NCBI RefSeq assembly: GCF_000150275.1
Contig: NW_002060943.1
Location: forward strand, 798,246 to 862,245
Direction of reading: 5' to 3'
DNA from: Trichoplax adhaerens
Lineage: Eukaryota > Animalia > Placozoa
Length of the DNA stretch: 64,000 bases
Shown here: one piece after another, positions 42,101-53,600 of the stretch
How positions within the stretch are numbered: position 1 is the first letter of the stretch
Layout of the letters: every line of letters starts with the position of its first letter
The notes under the pieces: generated by a model
Told to the model about the DNA's origin: nothing
The model's database searches: none
Seen by the model: the letters and a program-made list of their open reading frames with translations, nothing else
Position numbers and translations under genes: made by a program

Positions 42101-45100
42101 TGGAATCTCGTGATTGGTATATATCCCAAATGTATAACCTATAGTTTGTAACAATATTTAAATACGAGTACATTAATTTAAACATAGTAAAGCTATATAT
42201 TGTTGTAAGGTTGCAGCATAAGTCATCTTCTTAATATACATTTCTGTTACTAAAGCTATTACTGAGATAATTGTCTGTTTAAGAAGTTCAATAAGTCTCC
42301 ATATTCAATAAGATAAAAGAAACATTGCTACCTAATTTACTATAACCCCACAGTTATAGATCAAGCTACTTTCTACATCTAAATTGGATGATTTAGCTTA
42401 TTTCTTCATACTTATTTGGTAACCTAATGAAGTTATTATAAGAGCAAGCAGTACCACTTTTGCACGTTTCGTTGTATTTATATTTGCTCACGGCCATTAA
42501 TGTAATCCATCGCTTAGTAACAGTATTTAAATATCAATGCATGATCAATCACTGTAAATTGCATTCAGTGACAAGTATTAGATCTTCAGTTCGACATTAA
42601 TTGACGATCTATACGATATTTCCTTCTATTGCAGCTATTGTTGTGATAGCAATAGCTTATAAACGATAAATCACTGCATACATTCAATCAAATAATTAAT
42701 GTTATATATTTTAAGAATATAAAATCAAATTATTGTATTTTATTGTCATAGTTATGCAATTGGTGGACTTAAAAACTAAAATAAATAGTTTAATTTCATT
42801 ATCGATAATCTCTTTTCAATGTACACAGGATGGTCACAGTAATACTTCTTCACCAGAAGATAAAACAATAATACTACAGAAATATGGCGATGAAGATTTA
42901 AAAATTATTGAAGTTATTGATCAGGATGATCGGCAGTTTTACTTACCTATGCTGCCTGATGGCACAACAAATGAAACGATAGCTATTCGCTGCCCTAGTG
43001 ATGTCTTTAATAGCAATGCCACTTCCAAATATCAAGATCCAACAAAAGGATCCATCATTAATTTACAACCTGCTAAACTGGTTATTTCCATACTACCTAC
43101 ATCTAAATCCCCTAGTACAACTGATGGCTATTCGAATAAAACAACATCAGCCAAGTTAACGAGTATATTATCGGATACTACCCCAAAATCTGATGCTCAA
43201 ACGGACCAGATAAAGTGTAAGTCTACTAGCACTTAGTCACCTCTAAAATTCGTTATAATCACTCTTCATATTATAATTGATTATTTCACTATGTTCACTA
43301 CTAGATATTTTTGCAGCGATTTTAGCCCCTCTAAGTATTATAGTCATATTGGTACTGGTATATATATGTCGTAGGTAAATGCAATATATATTATATATAT
43401 ACAATTGTAGCGCAATAACTCGATAGCTTAAAAAATTATTGCTTTTGATAAACTATATGCTGATAAAACCAGGTATTAACATAAGTGCCCATCCTAATAA
43501 TCTTAATTCGTTACTTTTATTCAGTAAATCCCCAAAACCAATTCCGGAACCGACGTAAGTTTATCATCTATAAAGAATTATACCAAATTCATTAATAGCT
43601 ATAACCTTATATTAAACTGAATTACCCTGTCAAAGAATTGATCAATAATTAATTAAGTTTCAAATCATTATCGTATGAATTAATTAGTGATAAATTTTTC
43701 CATCAGTGTGTGTCTGAAGGGAAATTTAGAAAAATAATTTATTCCGATATACTGCTACGATGTATACGCCATTAGTGCTCTTGTCCCGAGGTATCGTAAT
43801 TAGATGATAACAAAACTTTTTGAATCTTAAAGCTAAGATTACTAGATTTCTATTTAAATTGTTTCAGTTATTTAACAGGTCTTCAGTAGTAATAACAGTC
43901 ACAGTAGTAGTCAAGAAGGTTACATTAATTCTTAGCAATACTTCTTGCAATTTTCAATTTCGCTGCTGTCTAGCTCCCTTAATTCCTGCTAGAAAATTTT
44001 GCGTTATCCCCTTAAATCGTTACAATTGATTAGTATTCTTTATAAATGACAGTTGCAGTAGTAACCACGAAGGTTTAATCAATTTTTTTCAGCATCTCTT
44101 CCAATTTCTATCAATTAGCAAAATGATCTATGGTAACATTGCAAGTACAAGGAATTACTACTTGCAATCATGTTTTAGGATGGAAGTTTTAGGATTAGAA
44201 ATTATCCTAAAACTTCCATCCTAAAAGATGATTGCAAGTAATAATTCCTTGTACTTGCAATATTACCATACATCATTTTGCTAATTGATAACACTCTTGC
44301 ATCTCGAATCTATATTTGGAATTTCCTGAAATCAATTAGAAGTTATAGCTAATGGCAGTACCCTGACAAATTCCGTCCGTTGCTATTCTAGCATTTTTAT
44401 GCATCAGCCGTTGCCAAAGATATACCAATTTAATCGCATCATTAATTCACCATGCTTGTAATCATGTCATAAATGACTAGCTAGGATAATTTAACAGAAT
44501 TTAAATAATTTCACCTTCGAATTTATAATTTAATATCTTCAGATGATTAAAGACTACTTTCAATAACTCTCAAAATCATGGCTAATGTCATACATGACTA
44601 ACTTAGATATTTTAAGTGAATTTAAACAATTGTATTTCATCTTAGTTCAATATCTTCGGACAATTTTACACTACTTTTCAATAGCTTTCAAAATAAACAG
44701 TTATGTCATAAATCAATAACTTACATAATAAATTTTGCTTCAAAAATTTACGATTTAATATCTTGGGATAAGTTTAGACTTATTTTCAATAACTATCGAA
44801 ATTAAGTATTACGTCATAAATAAGTAACTTAGATCAGATAGACAAATGTGAATAATTTTGTTTCCGAATTTACAATTCAATATCCTCGGACAAGTATAGA
44901 CTACTTTTCAATAACTATGAACAGCAAATATTGATCAAATTAATCCATATTTTTTTATTATATTTTCTTATAGGCCTCCATTCTTTCCCATACAGCCTGG
45001 TAAGTTAGCCGCAGCAAAATTTTAATACCTTGTTATCTTTCTTAAGAAGTTGAAGTAAATTTGACAATTAAACCTTAATAGTATCACCAAATGAACCGCA

Positions 45101-45999
45101 AGTCTCTGAGAGCGATTTGAGTCTAGGAGTAAGAGAAACCTTGATACAAACAATAAACATTGAAATTAACCTCGCTTTTCGCTTAATATAATTAATAATT
45201 AATACTCTTTAACTTATTGCCATAACTATTGTGAGTATCCTTTATATTGATGTAGTAATAAATGAATATTACTTCTTGCATAGCAAACGGGTAGGCCACC
45301 AACAGAAAATTTTCCAAATACCGCAGATTATGGACATGCCAATAATCACATAGATCCGGATGCAATGGATAATTATGGTAAGTCAGTTGGTACATACTCA
45401 CATTTCCTTCATATTCTTCTCATAAATGAATACTATAAGTCCAATGTAAGAAGGGGGCATATTTTAAATTGTATTTTCCATTCATTTTGATATTCTAGGT
45501 CGTCCAACAGTAAGTAGAAGATCTTTACTCTTACGGATCATCTCATTTTTCTTATTATCAATGCCATTAGATCGGATTATAAATACTTATTAACATATCA
45601 TCAACTATCATTTCTAAATCCAATCCTATGCGTCATTTCCTCACCTGTATTAGTTCTTTTATTTAATATTCATTAATTTAGAAAATTTATTCAATAGCTC
45701 AGTGTTGACATCAATGTACAAATATAGCGTTTGCTATTAAATAGATTATCTTTAGTTTTCATATATTTCATTATTTGATCCTTAAATTCATGTTTATTCC
45801 GGCTTTTCCAATAACTGTCAATGTGTCCCCGTAGATGTTAAATAATCATCCAGAGAATAACCTCCATGGCGATGGTGAAAATATTACTACCACGAACCAG
45901 TCTTTAGGATGTCCGCAATGTATTACTCATCACGCCTTATATAAGAAATCTGGTAAAACAACGGAAGGCGACTATGAAGAATATCTTTTGCGGCTGTGA
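36132..45999 (+). CDS. Uncharacterised type I single-pass membrane protein (gene C), ~510 aa, FN3-like ectodomain, Pro-rich/Tyr-motif tail
   Basis: Frame-consistent exons: 36132-36213 (signal peptide MKFSSISISLLVITLTIRHVAP), 36687-37055, 37513-37673, 40075-40261, 42857-43216 (domain plus S/T stalk), 43305-43374 (TM YIFAAILAPLSIIVILVLVYIC), 43525-43554, 44974-44999, 45306-45377, 45499-45509, 45835-45999. Ectodomain and TM exons align with gene D in sequence and phase. The tail exons are less certain. Confidence 0.8.
40612..41212 (+). mobile_element. Solo LTR, family B (single copy in window)
   Basis: TGTTAC...GTGACA imperfect inverted termini. Perfect TSD GATAC (40607-40611 and 41213-41217). 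TATATAA at 40984, AATAAA at 41037, and a G-richer 3' part. Confidence 0.8.
41439..41555. mobile_element. Possible small MITE
   Basis: Perfect 13-bp inverted termini CCCTGTAAAATCG and CGATTTTACAGGG, 117 bp end to end. No clear TSD. Confidence 0.4.
41578..42128 (+). mobile_element. Solo LTR, family A, copy 2 (intron of gene C)
   Basis: TGTAAT...ATCCCA termini. TSD AATGT on both sides. TATAAAA at 41967 and AATAAA at 42075 give a U3-R-U5-like order. Confidence 0.9.
44109..44290. repeat. Long inverted repeat / foldback MITE-like element
   Basis: 87-bp arms (44109-44195 and 44204-44290), about 4 mismatches, 8-nt loop. Begins and ends with TA (possible Tc1/mariner-type TSD). Confidence 0.9.
44464..44930. 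repeat. Degenerate tandem repeat, 4 x ~110-120 bp (intron of gene C)
   Basis: Recurring ATGTCATAAAT, AATATCTTCGGA and ACTACTTTTCAATAACT motifs at ~115-bp spacing. Confidence 0.85.
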
Positions 46000-48900
46000 G
46001 TGTCATTGTATCCAACGTTCTGCCATCGAAGATATCAGTACCTATAGTCAATATAAAGAAACTATAGTCTGATTAAGGGCTTGTTTATTAATATAGAACA
46101 TTCAAACCCATTTTACAACATTTTATGCATTGATCCTGCGTAGACATTAAGTTATATATGAATATCGACTTCTTTTCTCCACATTAATGTGATTTCATTA
46201 ATTAACTAATCAATGTTATGATAGTAACAATTCAACTATGAGGCAAGAAGTTTTGATTTTATTATCTATATGTAGTTCCAATTCACCACAAAGATATTTA
46301 TGATTTTGATTTTAATTAGTTATAGCTTTGACTTGAAGTTATATCTTTTCTTTATGTTTTTTTGAAAATGCAGTATGAAAATTAATGTAATTGCTATCAG
46401 CTTTTGAAATCTTTTCAGTTTGAATACGGGCAGCATCCTTACATTTATTAAATACTATTTGCTCTCCGTTGACTGGAATATCTATAATAAGCAAGAGTAA
46501 AGATATGAGTAGTTTTTTAAATTGCTCAAAGTGTACAGTAGGTATTAGATTGGATTAAGAATATCATTTTTTATATAATTTATTCAAGAAACCATTGACT
46601 CTAACAAGTACTTTGTAAACGCTGTACTTGTTGGATTTTGATCTTTATTTTTTCTTTTATGTATTGAAATAAAGTTAACGTAATTTTCCACTAATGATAA
46701 TAGGAATGCTATCAATTAATTTTCCTAACACTAGATCAGTTGAAGAAAAACATTTTTAAGTCAACAGCAATTGCTTAAATTTAGCCTACTACTTAAGAAT
46801 CCTGACTAATATACTGGCAACTAACTGTATGGAAACTAGATCAGTCGACTTAAAATCATTTTCTGTTTGACATAGTTTCAAACCAAGTTAATTTATTTCT
46901 TATGGATATTTATATGAATATTAGCAGGCAATTTCCAAACATTTTACTAGCTGGTTCAAGATTGTTTAAAGTTTGAAGATAATCAACGAAAAGTTAGCAT
47001 TCTCTAATGATTGCAAGCTTGAACACTAGTTTTGAATTTACGTCCAATCAGCTAAAGTTAGCCAACTTATGATGGTTGTGAGCTGGATATTAGTGTTGAA
47101 TTTAAATCTAATCTAGAAAACTTCACATATATAATGATCGAATTGTTGTCCAATAAACCATTCTTCCAACTATTTCCTTAAATTGATACAGAAAAGGATA
47201 GTCTACACATAGAGTTAGGAATAGAGATTTATTGCTGCTATTTACATGAACGTACTGGTCATCCAGTCTATCAGTACGATAAGTTAGCCAATTTTACATC
47301 TCAACGATTCTAGTAAAGCAACTTCTAACATTCCATTGATATCAGTCATCTTTTTTAGCCTTTTCGTAAACATATCTATTAAAATTTCTAATATTTTTTT
47401 TCTGTTTATAAGTAATCAATGCTAACTTATTCCTCAGGACAGTTAATTGTAATACCAGCAAGTATTGCACTCATTGATGCAGAATCATTTTCAGTTACGT
47501 ATAATTAATCAAAGTTAACTTATTCCCCATTCATAGTTACTAGAAATGGGCAAGTTCAAGGTCTAAGCTTAGCTTAGCAAACCCATCAGCTAAAGTTGTG
47601 GACTTTATGTTATGTTTCTGCTTGTTAGCAAGGCTCTAAAGTCATGCGAGTACAGTATTGTCACTAGTGCCCATACATTCGTTCATCATACGAAATAAAA
47701 TCAATAAGGAAGCTATGCTGATATTTTAATATATTTGATATCTATTTTGTGAGGAGAGTAGCCTAAGTAACCTAAACTAACTTCCTAATATGCCAAGTAC
47801 ATAGTAGTATTAATTCTAGCAAATCATTTTTTAAGAGCTGCATTAGTTATTTCAAGGTCATTTTAATTAAGGTGCAATTAACTAAAGCCAAGTTCTGATT
47901 GATATTGATTAAAATTCTGGTCGGCGATTCTGAAAGCATTATATCCATTTTTAAGATTATCTTTTTCGGCCTTATACAGATTTGAATAAAGTTCGCTAAC
48001 TGTTGTTAATAGTTACTAAAATACCAGAAAGGACTACAAAAACTTTACAATACTAAGCGATTCAAATCCTATTCCTGTTACCAGTAAACAAATAACATCG
48101 CTTTCGTTAATTTTTTCATAGTTTCGGAATCGAGCAGCAAAAGCTTTACATTTTCCACGAGCTAGGAAATAAGTAATCAGTTACAGAACGGCAATTCATT
48201 GCATTCCCTAGATTTAACTCATTTATGCAATGAAAATTTAAAGTTAGAAATATTTCTCATTGATTCATAATCGAGAAGATTGACAGATATTTATATCCAC
48301 GAGAATTATAAGCTTTTGTTTTATATTTTCAGAACTTCATTGCCACAATATTACTTGCAATTTAAACACTTTACCAAAATTTTACATTTAAAATACCGGT
48401 AATTCGTAATCTTTAAGTAATGCATTGAAATAGTAATGTTTTCTGTAGAATATGCTGCTGTTTTTTAGTCATTTTATTTCTAAAATCTACTAATGCAAGA
48501 AGTTTCCTCTTGCCCACCAGAGCTTTTTAATTTTTTATGTAGTATCTCAAACGCTAGAGAATCAGTAATAAAACTTGTTAATATAAAACTGTTGTTGTAA
48601 TCTATATGTTAAGTAAAGTGAGTAGAATAAATTTCGTACTCTTATTCTACAACTATGCTCATTTTAGTTCTAAGTATGTCAAAAAATGCACAGTATGCTT
48701 TGACGATAGTTGTGATGTTATAAAAGGAATAAAGAGTCAGCATGCTGCATTAAGATGGCTCTATACCCTGCCTGCTGAACGATTAAATTATAATTAGCAC
48801 TTCTGAGGTTATCTTCGCACCTTACAAATAAATCAATATACATCAAATTTACATTTACATCACAGTTATATCTTGTGTGAGCTTAACATCACATTCGATC

Positions 48901-50666
48901 CTCACTCGAATGATTTATTTTGAAGTAATGATTTCATGAAAGTTAAAGCATGATTGACAATTTTTCTATCAGGAGAAAGGTACATGGTTATGATTCAGGC
49001 AAGAGCTCTACGCTGAGACATTTCCAGCTGTATACTGATACTTATTAGCATGTTAGCGTTAGAATTGCTGAATATCGGATAAATAAATGAGACATATTCT
49101 ATTATTGGCCATATTAAAATCTAGATATTAATAAGACCGACAGAGTATTGGAAACATAGTACCGACGAGTACCTTATAGATATAAACGTATCACCTGGAT
49201 TTAATGACCTAATCTACCGGGAAGAAATTATTCCTTATGAATACTTTCGAGAAGAACTTTTTAAAATACAAATGTTGAATTATTATTATTAAATCGTAAC
49301 CTTTATGCCTTCAACGATAATTTATACTATTATTAGATGTCGCTTTACGAACATACCATAGTTTCGTTTATGTTGAAAATGCTGAATAAACATCTTATTC
49401 TACATCACATATATTGAAATATGGTTTGAAATATGATGGATTTATTCCATGGAAAATCTACCGATGGCTATAATGTGCATAAAATTTTCAAAACTTAGAC
49501 AGCGATTGATTATTTATATTGTCAATCATATGATAATTAATAAGGAAATCAATTCTACAACTATCATAGTTGTTTTTATCCTCTCCTCACAACTTGCTAT
49601 TGTAATGTTGCCGATTTTAAAAATGATTAGATTCTATTACATTCTATAACGAATAAGGTATCGGTTTATCATCTTTCCTCTTCTGATATTAGACCATGAT
49701 CCATCTTAATATAAGCATGCAACGCCCTTAATTTAAAGGTAAAAAACATGGCTTACGTTAGTTTGGATAGTAATATTTAGATATAGTTCCTTAAATAGTA
49801 TCATTGTCTTAAATCAGCAATTTGTACTGGTGTACTACCTCACTAAATAGATAATGCTTAAGTTCTTTGAAAGTTAAGAAAGGAAATTAGGAAGACCGAA
49901 AAGTTTGAATGAGTTTTATTCTTATTTCACTTTGCAAATCTATCAGTTTTGGATTAGCTCTGGATCCAGTTTGTTGTTGTTAACTTTTCGAATTACTTTA
50001 TTTATGTTTTCACCGAAACTCGACTCTTTCATGATAATATCATGATAATATCATCTCATTAACTACTCACAGCAATCTAATTGAAAAATTATTACCTTGG
50101 ATTAATCAATAAACAATCGTGTTAATCTTTAAAAAAAGAACAAGGAATAGCAAGGCAAATAAAAAGACCTGTGTATAACACTATATCCAGTCTTGTAGAA
50201 TATTTTATTATTCATTGAATTATAAATAGTTGCTATTATTTCATGATGTGGGATATCTAGTTTACAAGCTTGCTGTTTTACTATTGCAATCGATTACAAC
50301 CAATTTCACTATTTTAAGCCAAAGTATTTCAATTGCTTCATTCAAGGAAAAATCAACATTTCTTGCATTAAAGCATCCTATTCATGCTCTTCTCTTCATG
50401 CTTGCTTGTATCATTGAAATAACTGGCTACTATTTTATTCGAATTTATTATTTCGATTTTTCAAGGCCATAGTTGTAGCAACGCCCAATTACTCTGTTAG
50501 TACAACAAATGTTTGTGATTTCTTTCAACAAATTCAAAGCATTTATCAATAAATGGTAATTATTAACCGTAGGGCGCCCTCTTTGTTCTTCGTTACTAGG
50601 ATTAGGCTAAAAATCCAATTTTTTTCAAAATTCACTCATTACATTAACAAATAGTTGAAGGCCATC

Positions 50667-53600
50667 ATGCAAAATTTACGTAAACCACCCAAACAACAAG
50701 CAAATAAATTTATCCATTTATCTAGGATATTATTAAACTTATCCATCATATTCAATCTATCATTTCAACAATGTATGGCAACTAATCCTCAAACAGGTAA
50801 AAAAATAATCTTTAAATCTTTAAATGAAAAGGACGCTATTTAAACTACGATCGTAAAGGCTATTTGTGTCAGAAGTATTGTCCATTTAATAAAAGACGCA
50901 AACAGATTATTTTCAACATCAATTGCTTAGTAACAACAAAATGTTTTCCTCAATTTTTATATTCATATCAATTACTTTTTTTAAAATAATATTGACTTAA
51001 ATAAAGTTGAGTCTAGGGATATCTTCGTCTTCACTATCGATCGTGACCTATTTACATGGTCAACAAGGATTTACTATTTCTCTCTATTCTCTTCATAATC
51101 AATGTATGTGTAACAACAAGTTATTGAAAACTACGATTAAATATGAATGGTTTTATTCTTTCTCAGGTTAATTATGCTTTATTTACAGTATAATAGGCAT
51201 TCTGCTTGAGGTTAGCGTTACTTTTTTGTATAGCGTTTAGCATAGAGAATTGATCAGCTAAATAGGAAATCATTCGACTCCGATACAACAGTAATCATAT
51301 TAGCTATACATTATCCTAGCATGATAGTCGTTCTAGGATTTTACTAACACTCCCATTTCATACTATTCCACGATATCGATTCGTCGATCGCAAGGTAATC
51401 TTGTCTAATTCAAATTATCTTAGTATGATAATCGCTCAAGGATTTGATAATGCTCTCATTTTGATATTATTTAATGATTGATTTGTTAATTACAAGATGA
51501 CCTTTTGCTATCTAATCCAACCCACATTATCTTAGCATAATAATCACTTAGGGATTCTGATAATATTCTTAATCGATATTATAGAACGATTGATTTATCA
51601 ATTGCAAGGTAAACTGATCGTATCTAATCCAATTTTATTTAATTGCACTCTATATGGGTGCTTTAAACGATAGATAACATTCCCTATGGCATTGGAAATG
51701 CTACCGTTACAATTATTGGTAATCAAGCGACAATTATAATTCCATTTGCAGCCAACATTAATCCAGAAAATTTAAATCACGCTAAACATCTCATATCTTA
51801 TCAGTGGTTTTCCTCCAATTGCCAAACTGGTCAAGTCAACTTTAGGGACAAAACCAAGAGCAATCCTTTTCTCTACAACCTTCCATATGGAGAAATACAC
51901 TATAGCTTCATCATTTTTAGCTTTTATACCTGTTTAAAAATGAAGGTCAATCTAACTAGCATAATTCAAGGTGATGTTCTAGCGAGTAATCAAAGTAAGG
52001 GAGTGGAATATGTAGATGTTAATCCTTACGTCCGTTTTTTTTCCTGGAGAACCAAGGACTACGGTAAATGAGACTATTACTTACTCATTTTAACTGAATT
52101 TGATCCACTTTGATACTGGTATATTGCCCAGTCTTCACTAGCACTACCACTTTAGCAAATACAACTTGAAATAGTTGCAGTATCGGCGTGATTTTCTAGC
52201 TCAAAATAGAATCAGTTTAGTGTATTACAAAACCTTTTCATCATTTAACTCTACTTGATAGAAGTCGAATTGGTTGCAATAGTTAAGAGTGTCATCAAGT
52301 CTTCTGCTCACTTCACTCTAAAAAGGAAAATTATACCAACATTAACATGACTTACTGATTTTAATTAAAATTTTAACTAATTTAATGTATTCTAAAGTCT
52401 CACTATCCCTTCATTTAAGTTGGTAGAACTTGAAATAGTTGCAGTATCAAACTAATCTCGTCATTTTAGTTTGGTAAACAGGAATTGAAATGGTTAGATT
52501 TATGACATGATGTTCTTCCTTTAATAATTACATTTGAACTAGTAAAGTGCGTTGAAAAAAACCATATCTTTTCTATTGAGTTGATAGAACTTGAAATTAT
52601 TATCATATTAACGCTATTTCCTTACTAGAACTAAACTTGGACCATTCTATAGTGTTCTATAATCTTTCCAGCACTATTGCTTAGTTAATAGAACTTAAAA
52701 TTGTAGTAATATTGATGAGATTTTCTTACTGGAACTAAATTTTGGTCAGTCTACCGTGTTTTAAAGTCTTCATATCATTTCATTTTAGTAGATAAAACTT
52801 GTAATTGTTACAGTATGGATAGGATACCAACATTCATTTAAGCAATATAGTATTTCATAGTACTTACTAAAGAATACCGGATGCTTAACTGATTCAACTA
52901 ATCACCAGTAATAGTATTCTCCACTGACTAAGGTTCAAATTTCACTGCCTTTTTTAAGCAACAAAAATGAATCGAATCGATCAGTCAGTCCACCTTAAGC
53001 TTAGTACATCACGAAAGAATAAGTCATGATCTTCAAAGCAATGTAAATGATGATCTATGCTATCGATTAATCGATATTGGACATATGATTCTATTCTAAA
53101 ACACCGTTTCATTCTCTAGCAATACCAAATGCTCCCAGAAGAATAAGAATTAAAGCCGACTTAAGTAAAGAAGGAGCTCAAGTACTGATGGATTCCAGTT
53201 CCTGGACTTACAACTTAATTGATAATAAATTAACCTGCCGGGTAAAGATAAAATCAATCAATCTAGCTGCAAACAAGAGTAAGGTAAGATTACTATGGTT
53301 AAAATAATGCTAGTATTAACAACGGCAGAACTATTTAAATCCAATAATCATGATCACTGATGCGAAAGGAAAAAAATTAGTGATCCCATGCCGTAGTTGT
53401 CTTTTATTATCATCCTTCTGCCAGGTAATTTTAGTCATCTCTGATACCTCTCTACTACTATTGAATAATCTATGATAATTTTGAAGGAATGATTATTCCC
53501 TAATTACAAATCGTCTTGCCTACTTCAAGTTCCATTCTTACCGTCAAGGCAGTCACAACTGCTTAGTAGTTAAAGGAAAAAAATGTCATGTCATATCTTT

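Noticed and set aside
46000-50600. Possible decayed transposase or third C/D paralogue (also 31100-36000)
   Set aside because: Only short interrupted frames, with no recognisable motifs or exon chain.
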